Shown: positions 26,772 through 41,430, counted from the stretch's first letter. The stretch: DNA of 64,000 nucleotides from Paraspadella gotoi (GCA_051294375.1 CM119264.1:25050051-25114050), one strand, 5' to 3'. Numbers and translations are program-made. Notes: generated by a model from the letters alone, not told the origin.

Positions 26772-28670
26772 GTGAGGTTTATATGAAAGTGAGTTTATTG
26801 CTGGATAATGAAAAGTTTGATTGAAAAATTGAACAACACGAAATTAAAAAATAAAATAATAAATTATTTTTCTAGATGATACTAAAATTCAATGTTAGGT
26901 GGTGGGAAACTATTTCTGAATGTTTATTATTAGACTATTTTTCATCATTACGTTGAAGCCTTCTGAAAGGAAAAAATATATTTACGAAAATAGTGAGTAA
27001 AATGATACGAACTAGATTCTCCACCGAATTGAATTGAAAACCAAATGTGGTTTAAAAAAAACCTGGAGTCAAGTGTGAAGGTGAAAAGTGAAAACGTGAA
27101 GTGGTGATCCAAATATTTTCGCTTTCTCAGCTGTTTTCCCGAAATGCGGGAGAAAGCATTTCGATTCCAGAGTTTGAATTATGGGTTGAAAAGATAAAAA
27201 GGGATTTGGGGGAGAAAATTTGGGTGAGTTCGAATTGAAAGGAGGGTGAGGGGTGGGTGAGGGTAAAGCGAGGAGGTGTCCCATTGGAGGGCAAGTGAGT
27301 CGTTGGGCTCCGGAATCTCGGAGCCAAACGAGGGTCAAGAGCCAAATTATGGTTTTNNNNNNNNNNNNNNNNNNNNNNNNNGGGGAGAAGAGAATGAGTA
27401 AATAAACTGTGCGACGTAACTAATCTTAAAAGTTTTACGTTTTGGGTAAAGCTTTCACTATAATGTAGTTTTCCTGTATTTAGTAAAGTAGTATTTTGCC
27501 ACAGGCAATTGCACCGACTAACAGTATATGTTCACACTTCTAGTCTTGTCTTTCTCTTGTTTTTATATGTTTCCGTTTCTTTTAAAACGGTCTGCGAGAA
27601 CACAATGTAGAGAACTTTCATTTCTAATTCCCCCGTTCATTTTTGTCGTCTTTCCCTGCTTCCTGCCTGCATCTTTCGCATTTGCTAAAGGCTTTTTTTC
27701 CCTCCTAATTTCTCATCTTTGTCATAAATTTCTCTTCTTTCTTCTCTTCTCTCTCGAGTCCTCTCGGTCTCGATCTCTGCGTCTCGTCTCTCTCTCTTTT
27801 CTGCTCTTGCTTTTTCTCGTCTCTTGTCTCTCCTCGTCTTCTCGTCGCGTCGTCTCTCTCTTCTCATCCTCGTCTCTCGTCTCCTCCTCTCTCTCTTCTC
27901 TTCTGCGTCTGCTCTCTCTCGTCATAGCTTACATCCGCTGGTTCTATTTTGTGTATGGAGGCGGATTCCTAAAGGTGCGCGAGGCAATAACCATTCCATC
28001 TCCAAGCTAACCTGTCCTCATGCTGTCACAAGCCGTCACAAACTCTTAAATGCCATCATAAACTGTCCTGCGCTCTGACATGTCATCAAATGTTGTGATA
28101 TGCATTTAAATGTATTGACTTTCATAACCAATCCCCTCCAGTTCTGTTCTATTCTGTCTCCTCTCATTCCAGCCATTTTTTTTCCCCTCAAACCAGATCT
28201 CTCATCATCGCTCAAATAAAAAAAATCTCAACATCGAATCATCATTGAGGCGATAATGATATCCTCTTCCGAGATCACATTTTATCCTTTCCAATTCGTT
28301 TACCATAGCAGTTTCGATATTTATATTTAATTTAATATTAATAGTATTTAATAAATTCTTGCTTATCTTATTTATTAATTCACGTAGTTATTTTTCTTCA
28401 TTTTCAGAACTATCTCTAACTATCATATCTCTCTCTCTCTCCCNNNNNNNNNNNNNNNNNNNNNNNNNNNNNNNNNNNNNNNNNNNNNNNNNNNNNNNNN
28501 NNNNNNNNNNNNNNNNNNNNNNNNNNNNNNNNNNNNNNNNNNNNNNNNNNNNNNNNNNNNNNNNNNNNNNNNNNNNNNNNNNNNNNNNNNNNNNNNNNNN
28601 NNNNNNNNNNNNNNNNNNNNNNNNNNNNNNNNNNNNNNNNNNNNNNNNNNNNNNNNNNNNNNNNNNNNNN

Positions 28671-28852
28671 CCACGCCTCACCTCAGAACGGAGAGCAGCG
28701 CGTCCGCGGGAACCGGACTTCCCTCCGCGCCACCTTCCGGCCGCGAAAGGAAGATTTCGGTCGCTCGATTTATTGCCTCGTCACTCACCCTGACGACGAC
28801 GACGAGGACGACGATGACGACGCAGCGGAGGCGTGGAACCGAGCGGCCTTAG
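28671..28852 (+). CDS. IgSF exon (5' part in gap): C2-type Ig E-F strands TSLRATFRPRKEDFGRSIYCLVTHP plus poly-Asp loop
   Basis: The frame from 28672 gives HASPQNGEQRVRGNRTSLRATFRPRKEDFGRSIYCLVTHPDDDDEDDDDDAAEAWNRAAL. This matches the S-L-x-x-x-F-x-P-x-x-x-D-x-G-x-x-x-x-C-x-V-x-H-P pattern of nephrin/Kirre C2-set domains. Perfect donor G|GTAAGT at 28853. Confidence 0.85.
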
Positions 28853-28995
28853 GTAAGTTTGAAGGTCGAGTGGTGGCAGTGAGGGAAGGGTGAGAGCGGG
28901 AGAGATATATTGGGTGGGTGGATTCTTCTCCGTATCACCTCATCTCAGATGAATCGGTTTTCTCTTCCGAATAAATTTCGATGAGAGAGAGAGAG

Positions 28996-29043
<48 letters not shown>

Positions 29044-32000
29044 GAGAGAGAGAGAGAGAGGAGAGGGAGAGAGAGTGAAGAGAGGAGAGAGAAGGAAGAG
29101 AGAGAGAGAGAGAGAGAGAGGAAGAGAGAGAGACGACTCGTCGAAATCGCTTTTTGGCGGGAAAACCGTAGACGAAGACCGTCTCCTTCGGGCGAAACAG
29201 AAACATAAATTCGACGAAACGCGAAAATTAAAAGTTTCTCACGATCACATTCGTTCACAGTGAACTTCTTCTCACTGTCGCCTTCACCGCAGATCTCTTT
29301 TTCTTTTCGGTCCCCATTTTTCCTCCTCTTCATTCTCTGGACAATCGATGGTGATTCTTCTCATTTCATTTCACTGTGAGTTTCACTCCCTTTACCTCAG
29401 TCCTTTTCCCCAACGGCCTTCTTCGCCATCCTATTTCTTCCTTTTTCTTTTTCCTCTTGTCCCATGGCCGCCTGCATTCTTCCGATTGTCAATTTTGGTT
29501 CTCCGATACGTTTGACGTTCTGCCTTTTAATTCCTCGTCAACCTCCCTCTTTTGGAAGTTGACTTTCCCATCCATATATGACACATTTCGAATATTCGCA
29601 CACGATCCCACAACTTCGCACACCCCATCTCCGCCAGCCATCTTCGAGACCATGTTGACCCCATTCAACTCATTCGTAATTCCTCCTCTTCCAAAGTCGT
29701 TATTTTTTTCTCAGCAATAAAGAATTTATGACTGTCGTAAGGTCCTTTCGTCTTCTCTCCTCTCAATAACATCTATGCTTGCTGGAATCAGTCTTCAATT
29801 TGGCCCAGTCATCAGTTTCAGCCCTCTCCTCTTCTCTCTCATCTCTCTCTCTCTCTTCTCCCCTTTAGAGTGATTCCTCCATAGGCAGTCGAATTTGTAA
29901 TATGAGCCCTAACAACCCTAGCATAATCTGGGACAATGATTCGACGGCCATTGAAAAAAATTTCTCAAACGGACGGCATTGTAGTGCACCAGCTTTCAGA
30001 GACAATCGTAACAGGATTTCATCATATCCCCAAAGATTTCCAGACACTATGTCTCGATTATCGTCTTCCGGGTGGTGCCTTCAGAATATATCTTGTGAAA
30101 CAACAGCTTGGACAAGGTAATCCTTGCCTGGCAAAACAAAACACGACGCGTCTGCGTCTGGTGCTGCTTTGATCGAATTACTCGTCCAGTCCGCCAATAG
30201 AAGATGCCCTTCCGGCTGTTTTTCCATACTTGTAAAAACATTCAATACTGGGGAAACGATTCTCTCTCGCTATTTCACCTTTTGTTTTTATATATTGTTC
30301 TCTCTGGTATTACGGGACGCGTGAAACTTGGCGCGCCCGACGACTCTAGGCGCTCGCGATCGCGCCCTCTCTCGGCGCTCGCGCGTTATATAACGACTCG
30401 AAGGCGCGTTGTCCTTTGTTTTCTCTGACGTTTATCGCCGGTGACGACGACGACGACAACGACGGCTACGACGACGACGATAACGACGAAGAATATGGCA
30501 ATGACGACGAAGACGTGAAGAATGACGACGACGTCTAAAAAAAATAATATAATTCAGTTTATAAAAATATGTATAATACAACGTCGTCTGTCAAGGAAAA
30601 ACATTTGCGAAGACTTATAGTGAATAATTTATTACACGTTTATTCATTTTTAAGTTCTTTAAATTATTAATCATTAGTTTTTCCCCTCCCACGACGATTT
30701 ATGTTTCAAAGAAGATAACGATTCCGAATTGGAGTTCGCATCCCTTTCCCATCTCAATCCCGATTCAGAACGATTCGCTTTATAAAACTTTCGAAAACCG
30801 CCGATAATGCCGACGACGATAACGACGACGACGACGACGACGACGATTCTTTTTGATTGTTTCTCTGTTTTCCCGTCGTTCGTCTCCTCGATTTTTTGAA
30901 AAACCGATCGAAAAAAAAACATCTACATTTAGGCAAGCTGTCATTATTACCTTTGTTCTCGTTTGGATGTCAGGAAATGAACGTAATAATATGAGATTGT
31001 GTCTCTTGTACTCCTGTTGTTTTTCATCAGAGTGCCGTTCGTAGACAATATTAATATGTTGTATTTAATTTGTTGTTTGCCTCCGAAGAAAACATTCCAT
31101 TTTTAGTTTTCCATTTCCATTTCCATGTTCGTCTCTCTGCTGCAACGTCTCTACTCTCGGTCTCTCTTCTCTCTCTCTCTCTTGCGTCGCCGATCTCATC
31201 TTCTCGGTCTTATTGTTCTCTCTTGCCTCTCTCTCTCCTCTGCTCTCCACAGAGGTACTCTCTCTCGTCTCTCGCTCAACCTGAGCAGTATCAGCTTTTT
31301 CGGTGCCATTGATTAGGATGGATGCCTCTCTTCTCGGCCTTCCATCTTCCTTTCTCCGAAAAGGTTTAGCGTCGTTCGCCCACTCATTCTTAACGTGACT
31401 TCACGCTGGTCCATTAGCGTGAATCGTGGGGTCATTAAGCCAAAACCTGACTCGACGTCGACAGACTGACCACTGACCAGTTCACAAATCATTGATACCA
31501 GAAAACTCGTAGCTTCCTTAGCGGGATGTCAAACGTTTGTGAGCTATATTTTCTAAACGTGCCCCATTTCAGTTTAAATTCAGAGTCAGGCTACCCCTAC
31601 TAAGGATGAGATTAGTAGATATTTTGTAATAGATCTGGGTTACAATTAAATAAAGAAAATACTGTCCGCTTGTAAACTGGCAAGGCTTTTTCAGTCCACG
31701 TTGGCGCGTTCGTCGTTAAGTCGCCAAGCATTTTGCGTCACCACTTTTCAGCGTAATGCGTCGCAGCCATCGTCTAATTTAAGGCATTTAATTGGGCAAA
31801 AGTCAGGATGCGTCGCCAATGAGTTTCGATTTCAGTCCATCGATCTTCACTACGCGAAAGATCCAATTTACATTTAGAAACTAAAGTCATAAGATCGACT
31901 TCAGGTCTAAAAATGGACAAAGATCAAATTCAGACCTATAAAAAGAGAAAATCGTTCGATGGATAGCTAATCACGATTGATTCTCTCGCGACGGAAGTGG

Positions 32001-34582
32001 AGCAAATGGGTAGTGGAGCTAAAAGAAGGAAGAGGAGCTAGTGAGAAGTTTGGATGAAGCGTCCGTAGATTCATGGCTCCAGGATGAAGGGTCGGATTCC
32101 TCCGCTCTATTTTTAGTTCATTTTTCCGACGAAGTGGAGCGAAAGGTTTAAATCCATTAGCGCTCCATTTTTCGTCGTTAATTTTGATGGGACTGGAGCG
32201 AATGGAAGATTAATGGGTTGTTAGATGGAGCGAAAACCCGTTGAAACCTTTCGGTCGGTTGAGTGAAACTTTGTTAATCAGTGATTAGTCCTTTGAGAGT
32301 CTCGATTAATTATTGAACATGAGTGACAAAAGGTCCGATTGCCGACGGGTTTATTTAACGATTCGTTGGGCTATTTGTGAACTCTAACGCCATTGTTTGC
32401 GAAAAAAAAAGACAAGGAACTAAAAAACAGCAGCATTGACAACAACGTAAAACTCCCCACTACTGAGATTTAATTGATGATCTTTTGATGTTGATCACGT
32501 GATCCGTACTGACAACAACAGCGGAAAAATCATTCTTCTCGCTATAAAACCACGATTTCCTTTCGCCAGACGTCGCGCGCAGTCACCTGGGGAAAAGTCT
32601 ATTCATCATAGTTTTTTCTTGTTACCACGAGTTACATTAAAGTAAAATCGAATGAACGAAGATGCAATATAATACAACGAAACTAAAGCGAATATATTAG
32701 AAATATGCTAATAACAATTTGTAATTTATATTTTAAAAAAATAAAAATTTTTTTCTATTTTATTCTCTCTCTTATTGTTCTCCCACGTGAAATCGCTCCG
32801 GAATCTCTCCGATAAAAAAAAATTCCTTTCTCCGCAGGGACGCCTCCTTCTTTGCCTATTTTTTATCATCCTTTTTTTTTTTCTCGTATTCCTCACGTGA
32901 CTGTTTTCGTATCTTCCTTCTGTCTTTCTTTCCTTTTTTTTTCTTTCTCGATCTGTCAAGGGTCCCATCCTTCTTTCGCGCCAAAGACTCGTACCCGCTC
33001 CCAACTGCAACCTTCTGCCTTTTTAATCATATTACCCTTTTAATTTAGCTTTACTTAATAATCCGAGTAACACACAAGCCTCGAAGTTAACTTGAAAACC
33101 TGCCATTATTCTAATTCGGTACTTTGTATAATTTAATTTTTGTGGTGAAAAATGTAAACCTCATATTTTTTTTGGCTTAGTAATTTTTAATTCACTTCCA
33201 CCTGCAGCACATTTATTAGGTTAATTTTTATATCCTCCTCACCAAAGTAAGTTTCAGCCATTTTTTTTTGAAAACATCCAGTTAAAATTGTTGGTCGCGT
33301 CTTAGTTTAACTAACCGGACTTTTGAAATTTTTTTTTTTAGCCTTTTTAAATCACTGTCTTCTCTTTCTCCTTAGCTTTAATTCTAAACTCAACTCAAAC
33401 CCAACCACCACCACGCCACCCCAATATCCCACCACCCCACCACCCCCGGCTTCCCTCTTCCCGGGACATTTTTCCTCGACAACAAAATCGCTGATTCCCA
33501 GGTTTTCTCGTCTCACGAGATCGAGAGAGTTGGGACTGGGAGGCGCTTATTCAGGGGGGGGGGTAGGTGAACATCGGGGTAAGGTGTGTTGGACGCGGGA
33601 GAAAAATGGAGAAGGTAACGAAGCTTGGTAGGGTTTAAAAAATTGGCAAATAAAAAATAAATACAGTTAAAAGTACTCAAAAACAATTTCGTTTAAAAAT
33701 TCGTGTTTAACAGTTTAACCATTTATTTTAAACACGTACATTTCAATTACGATGCAGTAATTTCAAGAACTTTGTACAGTAAATAAGAATCTGTTTCAGA
33801 ATAGAAAAGAAATGTATATAAATAGAATCTTGCAGAAAATGATTTTCTGACCTCTGAAGAATGTCAAAGGCTTTTGAGGCGATTTCGCAATTGCTCTCTC
33901 TCTTCCTTTTCATTTTACCTTACCCCTTTTCTCACTCTCTCTCTNNNNNNNNNNNNNNNNNNNNNNNNNNNNNNNNNNNNNNNNNNNNNNNNNNNNNNNN
34001 NNNNNNNNNNNNNNNNNNNNNNNNNNNNNNNNNNNNNNNNNNNNNNNNNNNNNNNNNNNNNNNNNNNNNNNNNNNNNNNNNNNNNNNNNNNNNNNNNNNN
34101 NNNNNNNNNNNNNNNNNNNNNNNNNNNNNNNNNNNNNNNNNNNNNNNNNNNNNNNNNNNNNNNNNNNNNNNNNNNNNNNNNNNNNNNNNNNNNNNNNNNN
34201 NNNNNNNNNNNNNNNNNNNNNNNNNNNNNNNNNNNNNNNNNNNNNNNNNAGAGAGAGAGAGAGATGGGAATGAAGAAAAAAAAATACAGAGAAGAAAAAG
34301 ACAGATTGGAATTGAGTGTATGGGCAATAAAGGGATAGCGCTTTTGTAGATAACACAACAAAAAGGAAAGAGAGACTCGGAAGGAGAAAAAGAGTTAGAA
34401 AGAGAACGAGACAAAGAAAGAGAGAGAGAGAGAAATCGCTGGCGATTAAAGTTTTAATCTCGTTTTAAGTGAGGCTCTTATTCAGAAAACTAAATTGATG
34501 GAAGATTAGGGATGACGGTTTCAAGCCAGAAACCCTTTTCGTTAGAAGAGGAAAAAGGAAAGGAGCTGGAATAAAAGGCCGA

Positions 34583-35240
34583 CCCACGACGATGTTTACG
34601 TTTCCCCAGAATGAAGTGGCGGAGGATTTAACGATTCCGAGAATATGTTGTAGCTGGAGTTTCTGCGCATCCTTTTTTCCAATCCATCCCGATTCACTGT
34701 TCCAGACCGGATTCCGCTTATAAAAACTTTTCGGGAAAACCCCGCCGGTTTTGAATACGCCGACGACTGATAACAACGACGACGACTCCTGACGACGTAC
34801 CACTGCAGGATTCTTTTGATTGTTCTCTGTTCCCGCCCGCCCGCCTCGACCGATTGCCGAGTCTCTCTTCAGTTCTTTTTTTGAAAAGAAAAAATTTGGA
34901 AAAAAAAAAAAAAAAAACTCCGATTCGAAACAAAAAAAAAAACAATCTACTTCGGGCAACAAGCTGTGATATTATACCTTGTTTTGTTCATCGTATTGGG
35001 TTGATGGTCGGTAAATGAACTTAATAATTATGAGATTTGTGTCTCCTGTTGTTATCCCTGCGTGTTTCATCAGAGTAAGTGCTGCGGTCTCGTTAGACTA
35101 ATTTTAATATGTTGTGGTAACTTAATCTGTGTTTGCATCCGAAATAGTAGAAATCAATTCCATTTTTTTACATCGTTCTCCAATTACCCATTTCCCATTT
35201 GTCCATTTCTCTATCCCTCGTCTTACCTCGTCATCATCCT

Positions 35241-35282
<42 letters not shown>

Positions 35283-38174
35283 TCTCTCTCTCTCTCTCTC
35301 TCTCACCTGAGGCAGTTATCCAGCTTTCGGTTCCAGGGTAGGGGTGCCATTGATTAGGATGCGATGCCCTCTTCTCGGCCTTCTCCTATCTTTCCTTTCT
35401 CCCGAAAAGGTTTAAGCGTCGTTCAGCTCCACTCATTCTTAGACTTTGACTTTTCACGCTTTTCCGAATGTAGGCGCGTGATTCGTGGGTTCATTAAGCC
35501 AAAATACCTTGACTCGACGTCGGACTCAGACTGACCACGTGGACAGTTTCACAAATCATTCGATACCAGAAAACTCGTTAGCTTCCTTAGCGGGCATGTC
35601 AAACGGTTTGTTGAGCTATATGTCTTAAACGTGCCCCATTTTCAAGGTTTAAAATTCGAGGTCAGGAACTAACCCTACTTAAGGTATGGAGTGATCTAGG
35701 CTAATAGGATATATTTGGACGTAATAGTATCGTTGCGCGTGTTAAATTAAATAAAGAAAAATACTGTCGGCATTGTAACTGTGCAATGGCTTTTTCAGCC
35801 GACGTTGGCGCCGTTCGTCGTTAAGTCCGCCAAGCGATTTTCCGACGTCACCACTTTTCAGCCGGCGTTTAATTCGTCGCAGCCATTCGTCTAATGTTTA
35901 GGCATTTAATTGGGCAAAAGTCAGGATGCTGCTGCCAATGAGTTTCTCGTTTCAAGTCCACGATCTTCATACGCGAAATGATCCAATTTACATTTAGAAA
36001 CTAAAGTCATTAAGGATCGACTTCAGTCTAAAAATATGGACAAAGATCAAATTCCATACCTATAAAAGAGAAAATCGTTCGATGGATAGCTAATCACGAT
36101 TGATCTCTCGCGACGGAAGTGAGAGCAATGAATGGGTAGTGGAGCTAAAGAAGGAGAGAGGAGCTAGTGAGAAGTTTGGCTGAACGTCCGTAGTTATGGC
36201 TCCAGGATGAAGGGATCGGAATCCCTCCGCTCTATTTTTAGTTCATTTTTCGCGACGGAAAGTGAGCGAAGGTTTTAAATCCATTAGCGCTCCATTTTCG
36301 TCGTTAATTTTGATGGACTGGAAGCGAAAATGGAAGTTTAATGGGTTAGATGGGAGCGAAAACCGCGTTGAAACCTTTCGGTCGGTTTGAGTGAAACCTT
36401 TGGTTTAATCAGTGATTAGTCCTTGAGAGTCTCGATTAATTTATTGAACATGAGTGACAAAAGGTCCGATTGCCGACGGGTTTATTTAACGATTTCGTTG
36501 GGACTATTTGGTGAACTTAACGCCATTGTTTTGCGATAAAAAAAAAGACAAGTGAACTTTAAAAAACAGCAGCCATTGACAACAACGTAAAACTCCCACT
36601 ACTGAGATTAATTGATGATCTTTTGATGTTGATCACGTATCCGGTCACTGACAAAACAGCGGATAAAGATCATCTCTTCTCGCTAATAAAACCACGTATT
36701 TCCTTTTCGCGCAGATACACGTCGCGGCGCAGTCACCTGGGCAAAATGTCTTATTCTCATAGTTTTTCTTGTTACCACGAGTTACATTAAAGTTGAAAAT
36801 CGACATGATACGAAGATGCAATATTAATACAACGAAACTAAAGGCGAAATATATTAAATATATGCTAATAACAATTTGTATAATTATATTTTATAAAAAA
36901 ATAAAATTTTTTTTATTTTATTCTCTCTCTTATTGTTTCTCCACGTGAATCGCCTCCGGAATCTCTCCGATAAAAAAAAAAATTCCTTTTCTCCGCAGGG
37001 ACTTGCCTCCTTCTACTTGGCCTATGTTTTATATCCTTTTTTTTTTTTTCTCGAATTCGCCTCACGTGACTGTTTCGTTTTCCTTCTGTCTTTCTTTCCT
37101 TTTTTTTCTTTCTCGATTCTGGTCAAGGGTCCCATAACTTCTTTTCGCGCCAAAGACTCGTACCGCTCCCAACTGCAAACCTTGCTCTGCCTTTTTAATC
37201 ACATATTACCTTTTAATTAGCTTTACTTAATAATCCGAGTAACACACCAAGCCTCGAAGTTAAACTTTGAAACCTGCCATTATTTCTAAATTCGGACGTT
37301 GTGTATAATTTTAATTTTTGTGGTGAAAAATGTACTCATATTTTTTTTTGGCTTAGTAATTTTAATTCACGTTCCACATGCAGCAACATTTATTCAGGTT
37401 AATTTTTATATCCTCCTCACGGCAAAGTAAGTTGTCAGGCATTTTTTTGAAAACATCCAGTTAAAATTGTTGGGTCGCGTCTTAGTTTTAAACTAACGCG
37501 GACTTTTGAAATTTTTTTTTTAGCCTTTTTAAATTCAACTGTCTTCTCTCTTTCTCCTTAGCTTTAATTCTAAAACTCAACTCTAAACCCAACCACAACC
37601 ACGCCCACCCCAATATCCCACCACGTCCACCACCCCCGGCTTCCCTCTTCCCGGGACATTTTTCCTCGACAACAAAATCGCTTAGATTCCCAGGTTTTTC
37701 TCGTCTCACGAGATCGATGATGTGGGGAACTTGGAAGGCGCTTATTTCAGGTGGGGGGCGGGTAAGGTGAACATTCGGCGGTAAGGTTGTGTTGGACCGC
37801 GGAGAAAAATGGAGAAGGTAACGAAGCTTTGGTAGGGTTAAAAAAATTGGCAATAAAAAATAAATTACAGTTAAAACGTACTCAAAAAACAATTTCGTTT
37901 AAAATTTCGGTGTTTAACATTTTACATTTATTAACACGTACATTTCAATTACGATGCAAGTAATTTCAAGAACTTTGTACAGTAAATAAGAAATCTGTTT
38001 CAAGAAATAGTAAAAGAATGCATATAAATAGAATTTGCAGAATAATGATTTTCGACTCTGAAGAATGTCAAAGGCTTTTATGAGGCGATTTCGCAATTGC
38101 TCTCTCTCTTCCTTTTTCATTACCTTACCTCTACTCTCTCTCTCTCTCACTCTCTCTCTCTCTCTTCTCTCTCT

Positions 38175-38212
<38 letters not shown>

Positions 38213-39073
38213 CTTAACAGCTATCTACCCTCACCCCCCGCTCTTCCTCTTGCCACCAGGCGAATTGCCTCCCCTTCGATTTCGCCAAAGGCCTCTCGTA
38301 ATTTCAACTTCGTATTGAAAGAAAAACGACCTAAAGAATTGAAAGAAGCGATACCGTATGACATCAGAGAGAGAGAGAGAGAGAGAGAGAGGATGAGAGA
38401 AGAGAGAGAGAGTGAGAGAGAGAGATGAGAGGAGAGGAGAGAGGAAGAGAAAGAGACGGAGAGAAGAGTGTTTGTCTTTTTCATTTTCCTATCCTTCCTT
38501 TCCACGATTGATTGGAGAAAATGATGTCGGAGAAAGAAAACGATTGTTCCTGGGCGAGACATGAATCATTAATGTCTTCTGTTGGAGGAAAGAGAGGAGA
38601 GAGAGAGAGGGAGAGAGAGAGAGGAGAGAGAGAGGAGAGAGAGAGGATGAGGAAGAGAGAGAGAGAGAGAGAGAGATGGGGAATGAAGAAAAAAAAATAC
38701 AGAGAAGAAAAAGCAGATTTGGAATTGAGTGTGTTATGGGCAATAAAGGGATAGCGCTTTTGTAGATAACACAACAAAAAAGGAAAGAGAGACTCGCGAA
38801 GGAGAAAAGAGGTAGAAATGAAAAGGAAAGAAACGAGAGCAAGAGAAAGGAGAGAAGAGAGAGAGTAAGAGAGAGATGAGAGGAGAGAGAGAGAGCAGAG
38901 AGATGAGTGAGGAGGAGAGAGAAATCGCTGGGCGATTAAAGTTTTAATCTCGTTTTTAAGTGAGGCTCTTATGTCAGAAAACTAAATTGATGGAAGATTA
39001 GGGATGACGGTTTCAGCCAGGAAACCCTTTTCGTTTAGAAGAGGAAAAAGGAAAGGAGCTGGGAAATAAAAGG
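34583..39073 (+). repeat. Insertion-rich tandem second copy of 30689-34578 (likely assembly artefact)
   Basis: About 4 kb collinear match (e.g. gaaaatcgttcgatggatagctaatcacgattgat in both). It is indel-dominated, fills the 33945-34249 gap of copy 1, and is followed by a 25-N gap. Confidence 0.93.
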
Positions 39074-39747
39074 AAAGAAGCGGTTGAGAATAAAGGATGG
39101 AAGGGATGAGGATGTGGAGAAAGAGGAGGAAAAAAGCGTTAGGGTTGAGGGAAGGTTNNNNNNNNNNNNNNNNNNNNNNNNNAGGAAGGAAGGAAGGAAG
39201 GAAGGAAGGAAGGATGGAAGGTAGGAGGAGAGAAAATAAGGTAGGAAGGCAGGACAGAAGGAAGGAAGTAAAGAGAGAAAGGAAGATAGTCGTAAAGTTA
39301 GACTTTGGGAAAGAAAGTAAAGAGTGGAAAAAACCAAATATTTCAAAAAAAGAAAAACGTGGAAAGGGGATCCTAAAAAGAAGAAATTTGAGGAGGAAAT
39401 AAAGTAAGAAAAAACTTTTGTTCTTTAAGAAACGCTATTGTATTTTGCTAATAAAGTAAAAAGAGGAAACAGTTTTATAAAAAAAGTTAATTGTATGCAA
39501 AATTTTTAATATTATTTATCGCTCATGGAGACACCGTTTTTTCGCTCATCAAACTCCTTGTTATTAAAGATTATCTTAAATGGAAAGAGAAGTAAAAAAA
39601 GAAAGAAAAAGAAAGAAAAGCAAAAGAAAGCATCTAAAGAGCAAAGGAAGAAGCGTAGTTGAGGGTGAGCGAATCAAATTCGTAATCACAGAAATGTTTA
39701 CGCGAATAAAATTTTATGCCCTAAAATGATTCGCTAAATCGCCTTAT

Positions 39748-39876
<129 letters not shown>

Positions 39877-40125
39877 AATCGCGTATCATATTTAAATCGG
39901 GTTTCACGATGAAAACATTTTTCAAGGCTTAGAAGGAATTAGCTGTTTTTAATCGGCAGTACAGAGTGAAACTATTTTAGCCCTTGTATTTATGATATGC
40001 ACTGCATCGAGTCTTTTATTCCTGAAGGCGACGCTTGCCGTCCCATAGATTTGATGTTTTTTTCCTGTTTTAACAAATTAACAACCAACTACAGGCGAAT
40101 TATATGCATTTTGAACGTAAGTGGG

Positions 40126-40226
40126 ACAGACCGACAGAAAGACAGACATACCGACCGACAGACCGACAGACCGACCGAAAAGTGTCCTATAGAGTTGCTC
40201 CGCGAGTACTCGCGTCGCACCTAATA
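40126..40226 (+). mobile_element. Helentron/DINE-like non-autonomous element end: (ACAG/ACCG)n plus subterminal palindrome
   Basis: gacagaccgacaga...aaaagtgtcctatagagttgctc followed by the perfect 14-bp palindrome cgcgagtactcgcg (40201-40214). A related copy lies at 6203-6325. Confidence 0.45.
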
Positions 40227-41430
40227 AAGTTCTCGGCATAAAAGAGATAATTTTATTACAATTGTCACCTCTCAACCTTTGTCACATTTAACATAATCTT
40301 GTTACAATTTTTATTTTGTTTTCTCGTCGCTAGGACATATTTTATCTTCGTTCCGCCTCATAAGTTATGAATCGTCAGACATTACTTTTCCCATTCGATT
40401 CTAGAGCCACCGAAGCTAACGGATGATATGAGCTTAATACTGTATAAAATTGTTCAAAAGCAGTAAGCAACTACTAAGAATGTATAGGATAATAATGGTA
40501 AGTTATAAATGAAAAGCGTTGAAAATACACGACTCGTACATGGCATCTGTGTCGATGTGACGTCGTCAGAGATGGCATCTGTAAAACAAGTGCCATCTGC
40601 TGAGACGGCAACAAAAACGCGCGCTCGGCTCGGCGACCTTGAGGCGTCATTGAGGCGTGGCCAGAGATAAACTACCTCCCACCACCGGAAGCGAGAGAGA
40701 CGGCGACTGGCGGCGTCGTCTGCCGCTTTGTTTATATCGACGTCGTTTTTGTTGTTGTTGTTGTTGTTGTTCTCTATTGCCACTGGTGATTTTGAAAGGA
40801 ATAACGGTCGCTGTGACCGTCGTCGTCGTCGTCGTCGTCAGATATGTTATCGTTGCGGCTAATGTTGACAAAATCGTTGTTTGCAAGTCGTCGTCATTGT
40901 CATCGTCGTTTTCGTTGTCATAATCGTCTCCCTGTTGTTCCTGTCATCATCACTATCGCCATTTTTTTCTAAAGAATACGACGTCGCCTTCATCGTCTTC
41001 CTTGTCATCGTCGTCGTTGTCATCGTCGTCTTCTTCGTCGTCTATTTTCGTGGTTGACCGCCGATAGAATCTGACGACTGAGACGACGTCTCCCTCGATT
41101 GTTCCTGATTGCCTCGTCGTCGTCGTTGTCGTCGTCGTCGTCATCTACGTCCTTTTCATCGTCATAGTCTTTGTCGTCGTCGTCATTGAGTTCTATATTC
41201 TCATATACGTTAATACTTTAATTAAATTTAATCCTTTTTTATGTATTAATAATGTCATAATTCAAGTTAGTAAATTGCAATAAAGGGATCGTGACATCGG
41301 TCGTTTGTGAATGACAGAGTATACAAACTATCCTTGAGAATACCCGATGGCGTGAGTAAGTCATTTTAGTGGTCATGTTGATTTATCGTCGAGCCTAACA
41401 AATCTTTCTCGCTTCCAAATTCTCTCAGGA

